IMG/VR virus record: IMGVR_UViG_3300015185_000049
From: a virus
Lineage: Duplodnaviria > Heunggongvirae > Uroviricota > Caudoviricetes
Strand: one strand, 5' to 3'
DNA: 20,500 bases
The notes under the pieces were generated by a model, which was given only the letters and a program-made list of their open reading frames with translations, searched no databases and was not told where the DNA came from. Position numbers and translations under genes: made by a program. Shown here piece after piece: positions 17,686-20,500 of the stretch (its first letter is position 1; each line of letters opens with the position of its first letter).

Positions 17686-18111
17686 TCAATGTACTGCCAC
17701 AGCATTTCCAGCCGGGCCACCACGGTTCATCTGATTGAAACCGGCGATTGCCACTGCGACAAAATCATCAGCGTCTCTCACCAGTCGCTCCCGCGTCTCC
17801 ACCAGCTCCCGAAAATAAGCTGAACTGTGGCTGCGCATTCTGGCCACCAGCAAAGGTGGCATTGCCTTTTCGATCGCTGGTAACAACGCCTGAATTTTTT
17901 CAACTGCATCAGGGGTGTCTTTCTCTATCCAGCGGAAAATTTTCTGGGTATTGCGAGCCAGGGCTTCCGGATGGCTGTCGTCGTACAGTTTAGGAAACGT
18001 CATACCCAACTCAAAATAAGCCTGGGTTATTCCAGCTGCCGGAACTTTTTCGCCATCAGGACGTGCCCAGGCATTCATCGCCATGCGGATGTGTTCATGC
18101 TTGATTTTCAT
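17686..18111 (-). CDS. YdaT-like protein (CII-position regulator/toxin family of Rac-like prophages)
   Basis: The ORF track extends to 18183; the probable start is MKIKHEHIRMAMNAWARPDG..., matching the MKIKHEHI N-terminus of Rac YdaT (recalled), and it lies directly downstream of the Cro-like gene. Confidence 0.65.
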   Translation of the reverse strand: MKIKHEHIRMAMNAWARPDGEKVPAAGITQAYFELGMTFPKLYDDSHPEALARNTQKIFRWIEKDTPDAVEKIQALLPAIEKAMPPLLVARMRSHSSAYFRELVETRERLVRDADDFVAVAIAGFNQMNRGGPAGNAVAVH

Positions 18112-18337
18112 GAATCCCCCCTTGGTTAGAAGGCGGATTATGATCAGAACCGGGAATGACAACCGTCGGTATGTGTAACTCATATTTGAGCGCCCCGGCA
18201 GTGACTGCCTGAATTAGCAACGCCCATTTCCACGGAACGTCTTCCCCCCACATGCTGACTGTGGTTTTTGACGTTCCTAGAGCGGCGGCTGTTTTAACAA
18301 CTCCGCCAAAATAGCCTAATACTTCTGATTTTTTCAT
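18095..18337 (-). CDS. Cro-like (YdaS-like) HTH regulator
   Basis: About 80 aa starting MKKSEVLGYFGGVVKTAAALGTSKTTVSMWGEDVPWKW, with a short HTH, transcribed divergently from the CI-like repressor. Confidence 0.7.
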   Translation of the reverse strand: MKKSEVLGYFGGVVKTAAALGTSKTTVSMWGEDVPWKWALLIQAVTAGALKYELHIPTVVIPGSDHNPPSNQGGIHENQA

Positions 18338-18428
18338 GATTCGCTCCATAAAACTGAACGCCAAAAGTTTAATAATCAAAACCAAAGAAAGTCAAGAAAC
18401 AAAACCATCTGTGTTTTAAAATCAAAAC

Positions 18429-19067
18429 ATGAACAAGCAAACAATATCTGAACGCATAACCCAACGTATGCATGCGCTAAACTTGAAAGGCAAAGACCTT
18501 GTCAATGCCACTGGCGCATCAAAAGGCTCCGTAAGTCAATGGATGAACGGTGGAGGAGCGCCGTCCTCGCGTTACATAAGCTCACTGGCAAAGATATTGA
18601 AAGTAAACGAAAATTGGCTTCTTAATGGAGGAGAGTTAAATACAGGTGATTCGCTTGATCTATCTTTACCGCCGATAAAAACGGTTCCGCTACTATCACT
18701 TCAGCAGGCAGCAAGCTGGAGTGATTATATGAAAAATTCCTCAATAACCTCTTGTGTGCAGCTTGTCGGAGAAATCCCGGCCAATACCTTTGCTGTTGTT
18801 CTAGAGAGTGACAGTATGTCGACATCTGGTGGTGGAGTTTCCATCCCAAATGGTTCAACAGTTTTTGTTGATCCCGATCGAATCGTACAACCAGGAAATA
18901 TTGTCCTTGCCTTACCCAAAGGGACCACAACGCCTGTCATTCGCAAACTGGAGATAGAAGGGCCGGATATTCTTTTAGTCCCCACGAATCCTCGCTACCC
19001 TTCAATTATGCTGGATGATCTATCTTGCATATTGGGAGTATGCTTTAAAATTCAACAAGATATTTAA
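18429..19067 (+). CDS. CI-like phage repressor (XRE HTH plus LexA-type S24 peptidase domain)
   Basis: 212 aa with an N-terminal HTH (DLVNATGASKGSVSQWMNG) and a C-terminal S24-like domain carrying Ser (LESDSMS) and Lys (VIRKLE) candidates for the autocleavage dyad. Divergent from the Cro-like gene across a roughly 90-bp AT-rich operator region. Confidence 0.85.
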   Translation: MNKQTISERITQRMHALNLKGKDLVNATGASKGSVSQWMNGGGAPSSRYISSLAKILKVNENWLLNGGELNTGDSLDLSLPPIKTVPLLSLQQAASWSDYMKNSSITSCVQLVGEIPANTFAVVLESDSMSTSGGGVSIPNGSTVFVDPDRIVQPGNIVLALPKGTTTPVIRKLEIEGPDILLVPTNPRYPSIMLDDLSCILGVCFKIQQDI

Positions 19068-19359
19068 CCAACCTCATCTATTTGATTAACTGTATGCCAT
19101 CGTAGTGATGGCGTAACAGCTGCCTGCTTAAAATGTTTTGATAAAAAAACATTGACCTTAAATGTTCATTTTTCTAAACTTCATTCATTCCCTCACCCCG
19201 CCCCACAGAATGCAGGGCAATACTTCGAGTTACCAGGCAGTGGTCAGGGGTTAAGTAGCCAGCCCGAGGCGTAAGAACATGACGGCAGGGTTCAACTTTA
19301 ATAACTATGCAGCAGGTTTTTGTTCCGCTACCCCGGCGTTAAGGGGAAATGAGGTCAGC

Positions 19360-19515
19360 ATGGATACTATCGATCTTGGCAACAGCGAATCTCTGGTGTA
19401 CGGCGTGTTTCCCAACCAGGACGGCACGTTCACCGCGATGACGTATACCAAAAGCAAAACGTTTAAAACCGAAAATGGTGCCCGTCGCTGGCTGGAAAGA
19501 AACTCAGGTGAGTGA
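19360..19515 (+). CDS. ydfA: YdfA-like small protein (first gene of dicB-type operon)
   Basis: 51 aa from the internal ATG (MDTIDLGNSESLVYGVFPNQDGTFTAMTYTKSKTFKTENGARRWLERNSGE) with an AAGGGG SD-like upstream. Same size and position as ydfA in K-12 Qin (recalled). Confidence 0.6.
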   Translation: MDTIDLGNSESLVYGVFPNQDGTFTAMTYTKSKTFKTENGARRWLERNSGE

Positions 19516-19516
19516 T

Positions 19517-20092
19517 ATGGATTTCGACACAATCATGGAAAAGGCTTACGAAGAATACTTCGAAGGCCTTGCCGAAGGCGAAGAAGCTCTCAGCTTCAGT
19601 GAGTTTAAACAGGCCCTCAGAATAAGAATGTGCTCTCACAATGACGCGGAGCACAAATATGAGAAGCAAAATCAGACCGCAGAAAATTTTGTTCTGGAAC
19701 CCGGAGAAACGCTTTTCAAAATTCCCGTTACGTGCCCCATTTGCGGTTTTACATCAGAAGAACTTGACGACTCCTGTAACAATCAGGAAACAACCAAGTA
19801 TGTCGAAGATGATACCGAGTGCGCACGAAGAACGATTATATCCACGAGTCCAAACTCCAGGACCAATAAATCTCACTTTGAGAGGGTGATTAATCCACTC
19901 CCCCAAACCAATAAAAAAGATGCCGGAGGACAAAAAACCCAATGGAACAACGGGATATCTGTCAAAAAAAGACGTTCCATTAAAGACAAACAACGCAGCG
20001 CCAACAACTGTAAGCGCTTTATACCAGTAATCAATTTTCATGTTCTTAAGCGGATTTATTGGTGGTTGCGACATTGCTTAATGAATCCTTAA
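19517..20092 (+). CDS. Hypothetical protein (ydfB/ydfC-position ORF, 191 aa, with CPICG motif)
   Basis: Starts MDFDTIMEKAYEEYFEGLAEGEE 2 bp after the ydfA-like stop, so it appears translationally coupled. Contains TCPICGF...DSC. It is longer than the ydfB/ydfC of K-12 as I recall them, so it may be a fused or variant form. Confidence 0.45.
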   Translation: MDFDTIMEKAYEEYFEGLAEGEEALSFSEFKQALRIRMCSHNDAEHKYEKQNQTAENFVLEPGETLFKIPVTCPICGFTSEELDDSCNNQETTKYVEDDTECARRTIISTSPNSRTNKSHFERVINPLPQTNKKDAGGQKTQWNNGISVKKRRSIKDKQRSANNCKRFIPVINFHVLKRIYWWLRHCLMNP

Positions 20093-20351
20093 AACTGTGG
20101 TGATTTTAAGGATACCACCTCGCCTGACGTGGTTAAAAGCAGGCACACAACACGAAAGCGCACGGCGAAGTTCGTCTCACTGTACGGTGTCGTTAAATTT
20201 AATTCGACCGTGCGCTTCCGGTTGTGGCAACCCGCGAAATGGCGCGGCGGTAAGTATGGCGGGGTTATTCCTTCCCCGTTGAGGACACCGGGTTGTCAGG
20301 TTGACCATACGCTTAAGTGACAACCCCGCTGCAACGCCCTCTGTTATCAAT

Positions 20352-20409
20352 TTTCTGGTGACGTTTAGCGGTATCAGTTTTACTCCGTGACTGCTCTGCC
20401 GCCGTTTTT
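20352..20409 (+). ncRNA. dicF: DicF small RNA (cell-division inhibitor sRNA) with 3' terminator hairpin
   Basis: TTTCTGGTGACGTTTAGCGGTATCAGTTTTACTCCGTGACTGCTCTGCCGCCGTTTTT is near-identical to my recollection of K-12 DicF, ending in a GC-rich stem and U-run. Located downstream of the ydfA-like operon as in Qin. Confidence 0.75.
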
Positions 20410-20500
20410 AAAGTGAATTTTGTGATGCGGTGAATGCGGCTGAGCGCACGCGGAACAGTTAAAACCAAAAACAGTGTTATGGGTGGATTCTCTGTATCCG

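Noticed and set aside
16589-17738. Plus-strand ORFs (16589..16780, 16819..17079, 17274..17465, 17472..17738) inside the replication-initiator gene
   Set aside because: Antisense frames within a long ORF; the last partly overlaps the iteron region, which explains the open frame.
18622-18985. Minus-strand ORFs 18622..18930 and 18725..18985 inside the CI-like repressor gene
   Set aside because: Antisense to a repressor with clear HTH and S24 domains, and no start context.
19754-20074. 106-aa hydrophobic minus-strand ORF antisense to the 191-aa ydfB/C-position gene
   Set aside because: The hydrophobic character is tempting, but it lies entirely antisense within a translationally coupled operon ORF and has no obvious RBS. 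Kept as unlikely; conservation analysis could revive it.
20097-20320. ORFs 20097..20282 and 20129..20320 upstream of DicF, considered as a ydfC homolog
   Set aside because: Highly basic, Arg-rich translations overlapping each other in the region expected to be the DicF precursor transcript. Cannot be distinguished from non-coding RNA precursor sequence without homology data.

Overview
This window reads as one contiguous fragment of an enterobacterial (E. coli-like) lambdoid prophage, with almost every gene on the minus strand. From right to left it runs: immunity region (CI-like repressor, Cro-like and YdaT-like genes, plus a ydfA-dicF operon on the plus strand), a replication initiator with iterons inside its own gene, a nin-type accessory region (KTSC protein, hok/sok, an AT-rich two-gene cassette, DUF968 protein), antiterminator Q with a late promoter/terminator, a roughly 3 kb cargo island (lipocalin, YbgA/TudS-like protein, AraC regulator), the lysis cassette (holin, YdfR-like, SAR endolysin, Rz/Rz1), cspI, a frameshifted gnsB, a cos-like site, terminase small and large subunits, gpW and a truncated portal. 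The gene order resembles the K-12 Qin prophage mixed with a Rac-like immunity module. The strongest candidate for an undescribed system is the cassette at 12506..14262: a 204-aa protein of unknown function translationally coupled to an HTH-XRE/zinc-metallopeptidase fusion, sitting where Qin carries relBE and bracketed by two near-identical terminator hairpins. All family assignments come from reading the translated ORFs and recalling known families and K-12 gene order; no database search or computation was run, so names are hypotheses and exact starts are approximate.
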